This document shows, in pieces, positions 8,138 to 16,500 of a DNA stretch of 36,087 nt. Made by a program: the position numbers and the translations under genes. The stretch spans positions 1 through 36,087 of the forward strand of contig JACRCD010000097.1 of assembly GCA_016219175.1 (NCBI GenBank), written 5' to 3'. The notes below the pieces were generated by a model. That model was not told where the DNA came from. It ran no database searches and worked only from the letters and a program-made list of their open reading frames with translations. Every line of letters starts with the position of its first letter. Position 1 is the first letter of the stretch. The DNA comes from Deltaproteobacteria bacterium (lineage in GTDB: Bacteria; Desulfobacterota; Desulfobulbia; Desulfobulbales; SURF-16).

Positions 8138-9187
8138 ATGCTTTTCAGAGTTTTTAGCAAAAACGAATTGAAAAATCTCTATGACATCCTTGCTGTCAAT
8201 CATATTGTCGGCCCGGTGAGCAAAGGATGTAATAAAAATTCCACCGCACTGTATGATTTTGATTTTGTTTATGATTTTGAAGAGTTGCAGCTTGAATACA
8301 GTGCAACCATTCATTCCCTCAAACGCTTCATTCTTCCTGCCAAAGAAACCTTGTGCTCGTTTACCCTGCAAAAAAATAACTGGCAGAAACATGTCGAACT
8401 GAACGCCTATAAGCCCATTGTCTATTTCGGGCTCCATGCCTGCGATATCAACGCCCTTAACAAACTCGACAAAGTTCTGGCGGGCAAGATCTACCCAGAC
8501 CCCTATTACGCAGCCAAACGCAACAACATGTTTATTATTGGTGTGGGGTGTACCCCGCAGCCCTTCTGTTTCTGTCACTCCATGGGGGCGGATTCCGTTC
8601 TGCACGGGTTTGATATGTTTCTGACCGACCTTGGCGACTCTTATTTTGCTGAAATTCTTTCCGCCCGGGCCTTTGAATGCTTGAGCGGCATCACCTGCAG
8701 GGAACCCGGGAAAAGCGAGCACCAGCGCTTTCTCGAAGTGGCGCAGGAGAAAATGAAGCGTTTTACCTGTCATGTGGACACCACGGACCTGACCAAAATC
8801 CTTGACCTGGAATTTCAAGCCGATGTCTGGAGGGAATGGGGCGAAAAATGCCTTTCCTGCGGAACATGCGCCAACGTCTGCCCCACCTGTTACTGTTACG
8901 GCGTCGAAGAAAATGTCGATCTTGACATGCGTCATGCCGCGAAGACCCGTCACCTTTACTCATGCAATCTGATTGATTTCGCCGAGGTGGCGGGCGGACA
9001 CAACTTCCGCCCGCACAGCCATGACCGCTTGAAATACAGGTATTATCATAAGCATCGCGGTTTTGTGGAGGCTTTTGAGGAATCTCTCTGTGTGGGCTGC
9101 GGCCGCTGCGGCAACGCATGTCTTGCCAATATTACCGTACCGGAGGTGATTGCCAGTGTCCGGGGCAAGGAGGGATACCATGGTTAA
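8138..9187 (+). CDS. hydB: [NiFe] hydrogenase group 3b (sulfhydrogenase-type) beta subunit, 4Fe-4S ferredoxin-like (AsrA-like)
   Basis: Two CxxCxxCxxxCP clusters are present (CLSCGTCANVCPTC; CVGCGRCGNAC). The protein is first in a beta-gamma-delta-alpha gene order identical to Pyrococcus hydBGDA. The ORF-track start at 8129 is TTG. I prefer ATG at 8138, which has GAGGG 9 nt upstream. Confidence 0.8.
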   Translation: MLFRVFSKNELKNLYDILAVNHIVGPVSKGCNKNSTALYDFDFVYDFEELQLEYSATIHSLKRFILPAKETLCSFTLQKNNWQKHVELNAYKPIVYFGLHACDINALNKLDKVLAGKIYPDPYYAAKRNNMFIIGVGCTPQPFCFCHSMGADSVLHGFDMFLTDLGDSYFAEILSARAFECLSGITCREPGKSEHQRFLEVAQEKMKRFTCHVDTTDLTKILDLEFQADVWREWGEKCLSCGTCANVCPTCYCYGVEENVDLDMRHAAKTRHLYSCNLIDFAEVAGGHNFRPHSHDRLKYRYYHKHRGFVEAFEESLCVGCGRCGNACLANITVPEVIASVRGKEGYHG

Positions 9188-10079
9188 ATTGCCCTTTGTT
9201 GATGTCCTGGCCGACAAAAAGAACTATATGCGTAAAGACGATCTGGCCAGTTTCGAATATACCTACCAGGCGGAAATCACCAATGTCTACTCCCTGACAA
9301 AGACGGAAAAACTCTACCAGTTACAGATAATCGACCCTGTGGAGAGAGCCCGCTTCACTTTCAAGCCCGGCCAGTTTGTCATGCTGGAACTGCCGGGGAT
9401 CGGCGAAGCGCCCTTTTCCATTTCCTCTTCGCCGATCAGGCATGGTGATATTGAGCTGTGCATAAGAGCGGTAGGTAATCTCACCAACTTTCTTACCCGC
9501 TCACCCCGCGGTACCAGGGTGGGCATCAGCGGACCTTTCGGCACCGATTTTCCCGTTGAAGAGATGCAGGGCCACGATATCATGCTCATTGCCGGCGGCC
9601 TGGGCCTGGTGCCCCTGCGCGCCCCGATTTTTGCCGTTCTGGAAAACCGCAGCCGTTATGGAAACATTGATATCATTTATGGAGCACGGAACCCGGCGGA
9701 ACTCCTTTTCACCTATCAGTACGACATGTGGCGACAATTTGATATCGATCTCAATATCATTGTCGATCAGGGCGATGCATCGTGGAATGGTCCGGTGGGG
9801 CGCATCACCTCTATTTTGGAGGATCGTATTCAGGCGGCGGAAAACATTGGCAAAAACACCTATGCTATTGTCTGCGGGCCGCCCGTCATGTTCAAATTTG
9901 TCTGCGATATGCTGATTAAGGCCCATTTGCCCACCCAGAAGATCTTCGTGTCCCTGGAGAGGAGAATGCACTGCGGCCGGGGCAAATGCTGCCGGTGCAA
10001 TATCGGCTCCACCTATACCTGCCTGAAGGGACCTGTTTTTGATTACTGGTCCGTGATGAACATGAAAGAGGCCATCTGA
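9180..10079 (+). CDS. hydG: [NiFe] hydrogenase group 3b gamma subunit: FAD/NAD(P)-binding oxidoreductase with a C-terminal [2Fe-2S] (PyrK/AsrB-like)
   Basis: A ferredoxin-NADP-reductase-like fold is evident (RFTFKPGQFVMLELPG; IMLIAGGLGLVPL). The C-terminus has CGRGKCCRCNIGSTYTC. The ORF-track start at 9150 is TTG. ATG at 9180 is preceded by AAGGAGGG and overlaps the hydB stop by 8 nt (ATGGTTAA). Confidence 0.8.
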   Translation: MVKLPFVDVLADKKNYMRKDDLASFEYTYQAEITNVYSLTKTEKLYQLQIIDPVERARFTFKPGQFVMLELPGIGEAPFSISSSPIRHGDIELCIRAVGNLTNFLTRSPRGTRVGISGPFGTDFPVEEMQGHDIMLIAGGLGLVPLRAPIFAVLENRSRYGNIDIIYGARNPAELLFTYQYDMWRQFDIDLNIIVDQGDASWNGPVGRITSILEDRIQAAENIGKNTYAIVCGPPVMFKFVCDMLIKAHLPTQKIFVSLERRMHCGRGKCCRCNIGSTYTCLKGPVFDYWSVMNMKEAI

Positions 10080-10086
10080 AAGCAAC

Positions 10087-10875
10087 ATGACAGCAAGTGA
10101 AAAGACATATCTTGGGGTTCCGGTCAGAAAGCCCAGGGCCGCTTTTTTTTCCTTAACCTCCTGCGAAGGGTGCCAGCTTCAGCTGCTTAACAATGAGGCA
10201 ACCCTGCTTGATTTCCTCTCCTTGCTCACCATTGTCAATTTCCGGGAGGCCGTCAGCGAGCGCAGCGAAAATTACGAAATTGCCTTTGTGGAAGGAAGCA
10301 TCAGCAGGGCTGATGAGATCCCCCGGCTGAAAAGTATCCGCGCCCAGGCTCAGACATTGGTGGCCATGGGCTCCTGCGCCTGTTTTGGTGGAGTAAATCA
10401 GCTCAAGAACCGGTTTTCGGATCTTGACTGGGTGAAAAAACAGGTCTACGGCGATCATCCCATCGAAACCCAGGATGTTTTGCCATTGTCCGCCATTGTC
10501 AAGGTCGACCTCAATATTTACGGCTGCCCCATTAAGAAAGAAGAGGTTGAAAAGGTTATTACCAATCTGGTGCTGGGAAAATCCATTGATTACCCTCAAT
10601 ATCCCGTCTGCATGGAGTGCAAGGCCAATCAGAATGTCTGCCTGTTCGATCTTGGCGAACCCTGCCTGGGGCCGATCACCAGGGCCGGCTGCGATTCATG
10701 GTGCCCCAGTAACCGGCTTGGCTGCTGGGGATGCAGGGGGCCGGCCGAGACCGCCAATGTCAGGCAGCTTAAACAGATCATGCGGGAGCACGGTTTTTCC
10801 GATGAGCAAATGCTGGACCGGCTGGAATGTTTCGGCGGATTCAGCAAATTTATTAATGAGCTGAAAAATCAGTAA
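10087..10875 (+). CDS. hydD: [NiFe] hydrogenase group 3b small (delta) subunit
   Basis: An N-terminal SLTSCEGCQL proximal-cluster motif is followed by further Cys ligands (GSCACFGG, GCPIKKEE, CMECKANQNVC, GCDSWCPS). It sits between hydG and the large subunit. Confidence 0.8.
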   Translation: MTASEKTYLGVPVRKPRAAFFSLTSCEGCQLQLLNNEATLLDFLSLLTIVNFREAVSERSENYEIAFVEGSISRADEIPRLKSIRAQAQTLVAMGSCACFGGVNQLKNRFSDLDWVKKQVYGDHPIETQDVLPLSAIVKVDLNIYGCPIKKEEVEKVITNLVLGKSIDYPQYPVCMECKANQNVCLFDLGEPCLGPITRAGCDSWCPSNRLGCWGCRGPAETANVRQLKQIMREHGFSDEQMLDRLECFGGFSKFINELKNQ

Positions 10876-10908
10876 GGCGCATTTACCCTGGTCAGACAAA
10901 GAGAACCC

Positions 10909-12183
10909 ATGAAAGTTACTTGCAATATCAATGTCCATCATCTTACCCGGGTTGAGGGGCATGGCAATATCCGTATTGTCATCAAAAACGGCCAAGTCGA
11001 AGAGGCCAGCTGGGATGTGGTTGAAACTCCACGTTTTTTCGAAGCCTTGCTGGTTGGCAAACTCTGGGAAAACGCCCCGTATATCTGCGGCAGGATCTGC
11101 GGCATCTGCTCCATCGGGCATACCCTGGCAAGCATCAGGGCCATTGAGAATGGTTTCGGCATCGTGCCGACCGGGCAGACGAGCGCGCTTCGTCTTCTCC
11201 TCAAACATATGGAGACATTGCAGAGCCATATCCTGCACCTTTATTTTCTGGCAGCCCCTGATTTTCTGCGCATCGGCAGCGTGCTGCCCCTGATTGAAAC
11301 CCATCCGGATATCGTACAGAGAGCCACACGCTTGAAACTGCTGGCCAATGACGCCTGTGATGTCATCGGCGGCCGCCGTCTGCATCCAACCAGACCCGTG
11401 GTGGGCGGTTTTACCATGCTGCCGGAAAAATCTCAGCTCGCCCTGCTGAAATCCAGGATCGAGGCGGCTGTGCCGGATCTGGTCAAGACAGCCCAGCTCT
11501 TTCACGGTTTTTCACTACCTGATTTCGTAAGGGAGACCGAGTTTGTTTCACTGCAAGGTAAGGACAATTACCCTTTCATCGGCGGGGATCTGGTTTCAAG
11601 TGATGGAGTGCTCAGGGCGGAAGAGGAGTATCTGCGGATGACCAACGAGTTTGTGGTGGGTCACTCCACCTCTAAATGGAGCCGCCTGTCACGCCACTCT
11701 TTTGCGGCGGGAGCACTGGCCCGGGTAAACAATAATTTTGCCTTCCTTCACCCCAGGGCAAGAGAGATCGCGGAAAGTTTTTCTCTGCGGCCGGTGAACC
11801 ACAACCCGTTTATGAACAATATCGCCCAGCTGGTGGAATGCGTGCATGTTGTCTTCGACAGCATTTCCCTGCTTGACAAGCTGCTAGCAATGGATTGGCA
11901 GGAACCCAGGCAGCAGGTCAGACCAAAGGCGGGTTTGGGAGTGGGGGCTGTGGAGGTCCCTCGGGGCATTCTCTACCATGCCTATGAATTTGATGATTCA
12001 GGACGCATCACCAGAGCCGACTGCGTTATTCCCACCAGCCAGAATAATGCCAATATCCATTATGATATCGCTGAACTGGCCCGCCAGTCAGCTAGCCAGG
12101 GAAAATCAGATAGTGAGATACAGTTGCTGGCCGAGATGCTGGTGCGGGCCTATGATCCGTGCATCTCCTGCTCAGTCCACTGA
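10909..12183 (+). CDS. hydA: [NiFe] hydrogenase group 3b large (alpha) catalytic subunit
   Basis: The N-terminal Ni-Fe ligand motif RICGICSIGH and the C-terminal DPCISCSVH are both present. The ORF stops immediately after the His (TGA at 12181-12183), so there is no C-terminal extension. Confidence 0.9.
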   Translation: MKVTCNINVHHLTRVEGHGNIRIVIKNGQVEEASWDVVETPRFFEALLVGKLWENAPYICGRICGICSIGHTLASIRAIENGFGIVPTGQTSALRLLLKHMETLQSHILHLYFLAAPDFLRIGSVLPLIETHPDIVQRATRLKLLANDACDVIGGRRLHPTRPVVGGFTMLPEKSQLALLKSRIEAAVPDLVKTAQLFHGFSLPDFVRETEFVSLQGKDNYPFIGGDLVSSDGVLRAEEEYLRMTNEFVVGHSTSKWSRLSRHSFAAGALARVNNNFAFLHPRAREIAESFSLRPVNHNPFMNNIAQLVECVHVVFDSISLLDKLLAMDWQEPRQQVRPKAGLGVGAVEVPRGILYHAYEFDDSGRITRADCVIPTSQNNANIHYDIAELARQSASQGKSDSEIQLLAEMLVRAYDPCISCSVH

Positions 12184-12423
12184 GGCCGTAAAATTCACCT
12201 GGAGGTCATACAATTTCGCGTGCAGCTGCATGATTGCCGAAACGATATCAGCGGTCTGCAGGTCGAAAACTACCTGCCCTCCCCCTTTTGCTGCGGATCT
12301 GACAACCTCGGGAACGGCGCCTGCATAGACCGCCGCCCACACCCGCAGCACGTTATCCACCTCTCTCCAGTTGCCGCATCCCGCCGCTTCCGAGTCTGCA
12401 TTGATGTTGAGATGAATTCTCAT
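12172..12423 (-). CDS. Small hypothetical protein (83 aa). It would be co-transcribed with the upstream coiled-coil protein and overlap the hydA 3' end by 12 nt
   Basis: This is an open frame only. ATG at 12421-12423 lies 10 nt after the upstream gene's stop, but there is no convincing SD. I recognise no motif. Confidence 0.3.
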   Translation of the reverse strand: MRIHLNINADSEAAGCGNWREVDNVLRVWAAVYAGAVPEVVRSAAKGGGQVVFDLQTADIVSAIMQLHAKLYDLQVNFTASVD

Positions 12424-12432
12424 GGTAAAAAA

Positions 12433-13023
12433 TTATGGAGCGAGATGTTTGGCAATGAACTCTTTATACTGTTCTACCGCGCGACCATACTGGTCATTGA
12501 GCTCTAGTTGGATTCTCTGCCATTCCTCGGCAAATTTCGGGTGCTGTGAAGGTTGCAGCTTCATCTTCATGCCCGTCTGCTGCGCCAGGCTCTTCTCCAT
12601 CAACATCATCTGCTGGGCAAACTGCTCTTCAAGCTGTTTCTTGAGCTGATCCCTGTGGGACAGATAGCGATCAAGAATTGATTTCATTTCCGTGAAAACC
12701 TGGGCGAGATCTCCGCTGTCCCGGCCGATTTCACGCAATGCCTGCATGGCTTTTTCGGCGTTAGGCGCCTCATCGACCTTCCGCGGCAGGACGATATTGC
12801 GCAACAGCGCCGCCACCATGCCCTTTTTCACGTCACCCCTTGCCTCGGGCAAACATTTTTGCAGGGCAGCCAGCAGATCCACCTGCTCGCCGCGCAGAAA
12901 GCCGGCGGCAAGCCGCATGCCCTCTTTTTCTTTTTCCTGACCACTAAAACCGCCAGTCGCCTGAGCCTCCATGCGGGCGGCCCTTTCCAGCACCATTTCA
13001 AGGGTACTTCGTATCTCAGCCAT
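12433..13023 (-). CDS. Hypothetical alpha-helical/coiled-coil protein (~196 aa from the ATG)
   Basis: The ORF-track start at 13062 is GTG. I prefer the ATG at 13021-13023 (MAEIRSTLEMVLERA...). The product is Gln/Glu/Lys-rich and helical. I recognise no family. Confidence 0.5.
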   Translation of the reverse strand: MAEIRSTLEMVLERAARMEAQATGGFSGQEKEKEGMRLAAGFLRGEQVDLLAALQKCLPEARGDVKKGMVAALLRNIVLPRKVDEAPNAEKAMQALREIGRDSGDLAQVFTEMKSILDRYLSHRDQLKKQLEEQFAQQMMLMEKSLAQQTGMKMKLQPSQHPKFAEEWQRIQLELNDQYGRAVEQYKEFIAKHLAP

Positions 13024-13273
13024 ATTATTATCCGTTTCGCTGGAATTTTTTCTGCAAAGCACTCAAGAGGAAAAAAACGCTCTATTCCCATGAGGCATGT
13101 TAAAATTGTGCACAGCGTTCAATGAATAGTCCATCATTATTCATGGCAAACATTCGGTAATAATCTACCCTTTGCAATGAATCTTGGCGACAAAAATCAT
13201 TAGAGTGAAAATGAGCATCGCGCTGCCCGCAGGCCAAGATATGCATCCTCCGCGAATTGAAAACTTTAGCGGA

Positions 13274-13302
13274 TTGACAAATGAGGGTTGCTCGCTTAGT
13301 AT
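13274..13302 (+). promoter_or_regulatory. Sigma70-like promoter for the Zn-ribbon/ATP-grasp pair
   Basis: TTGACA (13274-13279), a 17-bp spacer, then TAGTAT (13297-13302). GGAGG at 13320-13324 and ATG at 13329 follow. Confidence 0.5.
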
Positions 13303-13328
13303 TAAAAGGATTTTCAATGGAGGAAAAG

Positions 13329-13601
13329 ATGGTGGATGTCCCGGTAGAACCTAAAACTCGAAATAATCTAACTCCCAAAAGCTGCATGCGGCTCGCTTGC
13401 CCCAACTGTGGGAATGACCGTGATTTTGTTGAAGTTGCCGATGGGGTAATCCTCACGACCCATTATGTGCAGAACAACGATTGCAGCTTTACTCAGGATG
13501 GCGACGAATCCCAGATTCTCGGGGAAATCCGTTTTTTCTGTGGGGAATGCAACGCTGATCTCACCCGCTTCCACCAACGATTTGTGGAAATGCTTTTTTA
13601 A
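13329..13601 (+). CDS. Small zinc-ribbon protein (90 aa) with a split CPNC...CGEC pair, translationally coupled to the downstream ATP-grasp gene
   Basis: The ORF track opens at 13281, but that ATG sits inside the promoter spacer. ATG at 13329 has a perfect GGAGG 4 nt upstream. Cys pairs are CPNC and CGEC, ~37 aa apart. The segment between them is acidic, S/T-rich (DCSFTQDGDESQILGE), and the C-terminus is RFHQRFVEMLF. The TAA stop overlaps the next ATG (TAATG). Confidence 0.55.
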   Translation: MVDVPVEPKTRNNLTPKSCMRLACPNCGNDRDFVEVADGVILTTHYVQNNDCSFTQDGDESQILGEIRFFCGECNADLTRFHQRFVEMLF

Positions 13602-14371
13602 TGCCTATTTCGTCCTCCCGCCGTATTATTACAAACAATCGCATCCTGCGCCAAGATTATCATTCCCTGCAAAAAGACGATGTTTGCCTTGGCCGACTCC
13701 GACTCAAGGCGACGGAAGAGCATCTCCTCCTTGACCTGGTCGAGCGGGGCATTATTCTTTTTCCCTCTGCGCTCAGCCAGCAGCTCTGCCGTTCAAAAAC
13801 CTTTCAGGCGCATCTTTTTGCCAAAGAAATGTTGCCCCTTACCCTGCCGGTCCATGACCAGCATGACATGATTGCCGCCGTCAATTTTTATCACGGCAAA
13901 GGCGTTATTAAGGTTGTGACGAAGCATGACAGAAAAAACGCTGGGATGGGGATACTTCTCTGGCGTGGTGTTGAGGAGGTATTTAACCACTCTACTCTCG
14001 GCTCTCTGCCTTATCCTTTTGTCCTTCAGCCTTTCGCCGAAAACAGCCGGGACATTCGCGTCATTGTCTTGGGGGATTATATCGAGTCATACACGCGCCA
14101 CAACCCCACCAACTTCAGAAACAACCTGCACTGTGGCGGACTGAGCAAACCCTGCGGGTTGACGCAAGCCCAATGGCTACTCTGCCAGCACGTTATGCTG
14201 CGAGGCAAGTTCCCTTACGCCCATATTGATCTCATGATTCTGGAAGGGGGGGAAGTTCATCTGGCGGAAATAAATTTGCGCGGCGGCATAAGGGGGGCGG
14301 AAATCAGCCCGGCGGAATATAGGATAAAGGTAGAAAAGATCCACCAGGACTTTCTTTCTGCCCTTTGCTGA
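13601..14371 (+). CDS. RimK/glutathione-synthetase-like ATP-grasp ligase
   Basis: ATP-grasp blocks are present: GKGVIKVVTKHDRKNAGMGILLW (B-loop-like), RDIRVIVLGDYIESYTRHNPTNFRNNLHCGG, and HIDLMILEGGEVHLAEINLRGG (Mg/ATP site). The ATG overlaps the stop of the upstream small gene. Confidence 0.7.
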   Translation: MPISSSRRIITNNRILRQDYHSLQKDDVCLGRLRLKATEEHLLLDLVERGIILFPSALSQQLCRSKTFQAHLFAKEMLPLTLPVHDQHDMIAAVNFYHGKGVIKVVTKHDRKNAGMGILLWRGVEEVFNHSTLGSLPYPFVLQPFAENSRDIRVIVLGDYIESYTRHNPTNFRNNLHCGGLSKPCGLTQAQWLLCQHVMLRGKFPYAHIDLMILEGGEVHLAEINLRGGIRGAEISPAEYRIKVEKIHQDFLSALC

Positions 14372-14375
14372 CAGC

Positions 14376-14417
14376 AAAAAAAAAGGAGGCAGCGGAAATG
14401 AATCCACAACCTCCTTG
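14376..14417 (-). terminator. Putative intrinsic terminator downstream of dsrC
   Basis: On the minus strand, AAGGAGG...CCTCCTT forms a 7-bp stem with a long (~20 nt) loop, followed by a run of 8-9 U (plus-strand A-run 14376-14384). A second small palindrome CAGTCAagTGACTG lies at 14429-14442. Confidence 0.35.
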
Positions 14418-14453
14418 GATAAACAAACAGTCAAGTGACTGCTTAAATCTGCA

Positions 14454-14774
14454 TCATACGCAACCGGTAGGTTTCGGCAGACCAGCCATCTTGCAGGCTC
14501 CTTTACCAGGTCCTGACGGGAACAACTCGTAGATTCTCTTCAGCGGGTAACCAGTGGTTTTGGACAGAATACGAACCATGGGAGCAATACCGTTTTTCTT
14601 GTAGTAATCCTGCAGCGCATTGATTACTTTCCAGTGCTCATCGGTCAGATCAGTAATACCCTCAAGGCCTTTTACGTACTCAACCCAGCCCTGATTCCAC
14701 TCTTCCATACCCTTGGTGAGGAAGCCATCCTCATCTACATCATATGAACTTCCTGCATGCTCGATAGTTGCCAT
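14454..14774 (-). CDS. dsrC: DsrC (dissimilatory sulfite reductase gamma subunit / TusE-like), stand-alone copy
   Basis: The 106-aa product ends ...CKMAGLPKPTGCV. This is the diagnostic DsrC flexible arm with the two conserved Cys (penultimate Cys plus Cys 11 residues upstream). A strong GGAGG lies 6 nt before ATG at 14772-14774. Confidence 0.9.
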   Translation of the reverse strand: MATIEHAGSSYDVDEDGFLTKGMEEWNQGWVEYVKGLEGITDLTDEHWKVINALQDYYKKNGIAPMVRILSKTTGYPLKRIYELFPSGPGKGACKMAGLPKPTGCV

Positions 14775-14861
14775 CTTATTCCTCCTTTTGAAGATTTACT
14801 CAATTTGCTTTTCAAGGTGTTATCTAAGCAAGATTAACTCTCCTTTACTATTAAATGATCC

Positions 14862-14890
14862 TACTTAATCTAAGAAAACTTATTTGTCAA
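14862..14890 (-). promoter_or_regulatory. Candidate sigma70-like promoter for dsrC, implying an ~85-nt leader
   Basis: On the minus strand, TTGACA (14890..14885), a 17-bp spacer, then TAAGTA (14867..14862). Downstream are an AT-rich leader and an AAGGAGG RBS. Confidence 0.3.
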
Positions 14891-14921
14891 GAAAGCAATA
14901 ATGATTTTTTAAATTTTATGC

Positions 14922-14933
14922 ATGAATATTCAT
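14922..14933. promoter_or_regulatory. Perfect 12-bp palindrome ATGAATATTCAT upstream of the dsrC promoter
   Basis: The site is exactly self-complementary. It lies ~35 bp upstream of the candidate -35 in a very AT-rich intergenic region. Confidence 0.35.
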
Positions 14934-15025
14934 TCATTTTTGGCTGCCCCCAATAAAACCAAGAAATTACGGGAGCAAACCGTCCAGCCGCAGGGGGTGG
15001 TGAGCACATGTTTCATGCGCGGTTT

Positions 15026-16378
15026 TCAGCGTATTTTGTTATAGTAATCCTGCAGATCCTTTGCAAGAAATTTTCTGATTCGCCCCAGGTTTCCGCTATG
15101 AGTTCCCCCGAGATCCACCAGGGTTGCCTGGGCCAGCAGCACGCCGACCTTGCCCTCAACCTTGCCCCACAGAGTTTTCTTGTAGTTGCTGTCAAGATTG
15201 ACCAGGCCCGCCTTGCGCGCCTGACATTTTTTTATCAGTCCGGGCAAGCTCCATCGCGTAAACCAGAGCCAGGATAAAAACCAGACCATGGCCACCCCGG
15301 TAAGAGGAAACCACAAGTGGCGGGGGGCGGCGGTTCCGTTCAACAAGGCGCTTATCAGCGTTTCGTCCGGCACCCCGGTAAAGCTTTTGACAATCGGATC
15401 CGTGAGAATAAAGGCAGCCAGCCCGGCAACCAGGGCAAACTTGCCGGCACCTGCCAAAATTGCGCGACCCATGGAGCTGAAAGTGCACATTGCCTCGCAG
15501 ATCAGCAGCAGCTCATTAACCTGGCGGTCAATATCCTGCAGTATATGATTAACCCTGAATCCCGGGGCGGAAAAAATTTTCTTTTTCAACTGCTCCCGTT
15601 CCTCGCGCCAGACAGAAAGGGTTTCAGAGGGTTTGGCCTCGCCCGGCGCATAGGTCACATAGATAGTCGGAATATCCTTTCGGCCCGTCATCTGGGAAAG
15701 ATTCCAGCACAGGGTGCCGTAGGAGCGAACCAGATCGCTCAGGTTATCGCACTCATCGATGCGGCTCATGACAAAAACGATCCTATCCTCGCCGGAGGTA
15801 TCCGGCAGGGTGCTGCGAATGGCGGTGTAGGTCTCGCTGATTGTCCCTGCCTTGTGGGGATCAAACATGAGAACCACCAGGTCGGCAAGCTTGGCAAACT
15901 CCCCGAGCACGGCCAGATAATCATAGCCCCTATCCTTTTCCGTCACGGCATCTAGCATGCCGGGGCTATCTATCAGCGCCATATTTTCCAGAAAAGGAAC
16001 ATCAACTTTTTTTAAGCGGAAATGGCCGATAAACTGTTCGCCGAATGATTTAAAGCGCCCGAAAGGAAGAAAATCGTCATTTACCAGCGTGGAGCCGGGG
16101 ATTTCCATTTCACCATCCTCACGTCCATGGGAGGTGAGAACCGTGAAGGAATCATCGGTGGGCGCCTGCCCGGTGCGTTGGATTTTCTGACCTATAAGTT
16201 CATTGATCAAGGTCGACTTGCCGGAGGAATAATTGCCGATGACAAGCACAATCGGCTTCCACTTCAGTATGGACTCCAGATCAGCGTAGTCCAGACCATA
16301 GCGGTTAAAGAGCGGTAATAATCTATTGCGAACATGAAGCTGAAGTTCTGCCTGCAATTTTTTTTCGTCCATGGGCAT
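15026..16378 (-). CDS. Bacterial dynamin-like GTPase with a C-terminal hydrophobic/membrane region
   Basis: G1 P-loop GNYSSGKST, G3 DSPG and a G4-like SRID are present. The C-terminal third contains hydrophobic segments (FALVAGLAAFILTDPIV; LWFPLTGVAMVWFLSWLWF). ATG at 16376-16378. Confidence 0.75.
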   Translation of the reverse strand: MPMDEKKLQAELQLHVRNRLLPLFNRYGLDYADLESILKWKPIVLVIGNYSSGKSTLINELIGQKIQRTGQAPTDDSFTVLTSHGREDGEMEIPGSTLVNDDFLPFGRFKSFGEQFIGHFRLKKVDVPFLENMALIDSPGMLDAVTEKDRGYDYLAVLGEFAKLADLVVLMFDPHKAGTISETYTAIRSTLPDTSGEDRIVFVMSRIDECDNLSDLVRSYGTLCWNLSQMTGRKDIPTIYVTYAPGEAKPSETLSVWREEREQLKKKIFSAPGFRVNHILQDIDRQVNELLLICEAMCTFSSMGRAILAGAGKFALVAGLAAFILTDPIVKSFTGVPDETLISALLNGTAAPRHLWFPLTGVAMVWFLSWLWFTRWSLPGLIKKCQARKAGLVNLDSNYKKTLWGKVEGKVGVLLAQATLVDLGGTHSGNLGRIRKFLAKDLQDYYNKIR

Positions 16379-16500
16379 TAACGAGAAGCGGCTTATTTTT
16401 TGTATGGCGATAAGGGGAAAGGGATTCCGGAATTTTGACTAATTAACAGATAGCGGAGCAAATTACATTGAAATTTTCAAGAGTCTGGTGAGGTGGAATT

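Noticed and set aside
8069-8953. 294-aa minus-strand ORF across hydB
   Set aside because: Shadow of hydB, whose Fe-S motifs and operon context are unambiguous.
10696-11505. 269-aa minus-strand ORF spanning hydD/hydA
   Set aside because: It crosses two well-supported hydrogenase subunit genes. Its composition is low-complexity.
15317-15955. 212-aa plus-strand ORF inside the dynamin-like gene
   Set aside because: Antisense shadow. The dynamin frame carries the G1/G3/G4 GTPase motifs.
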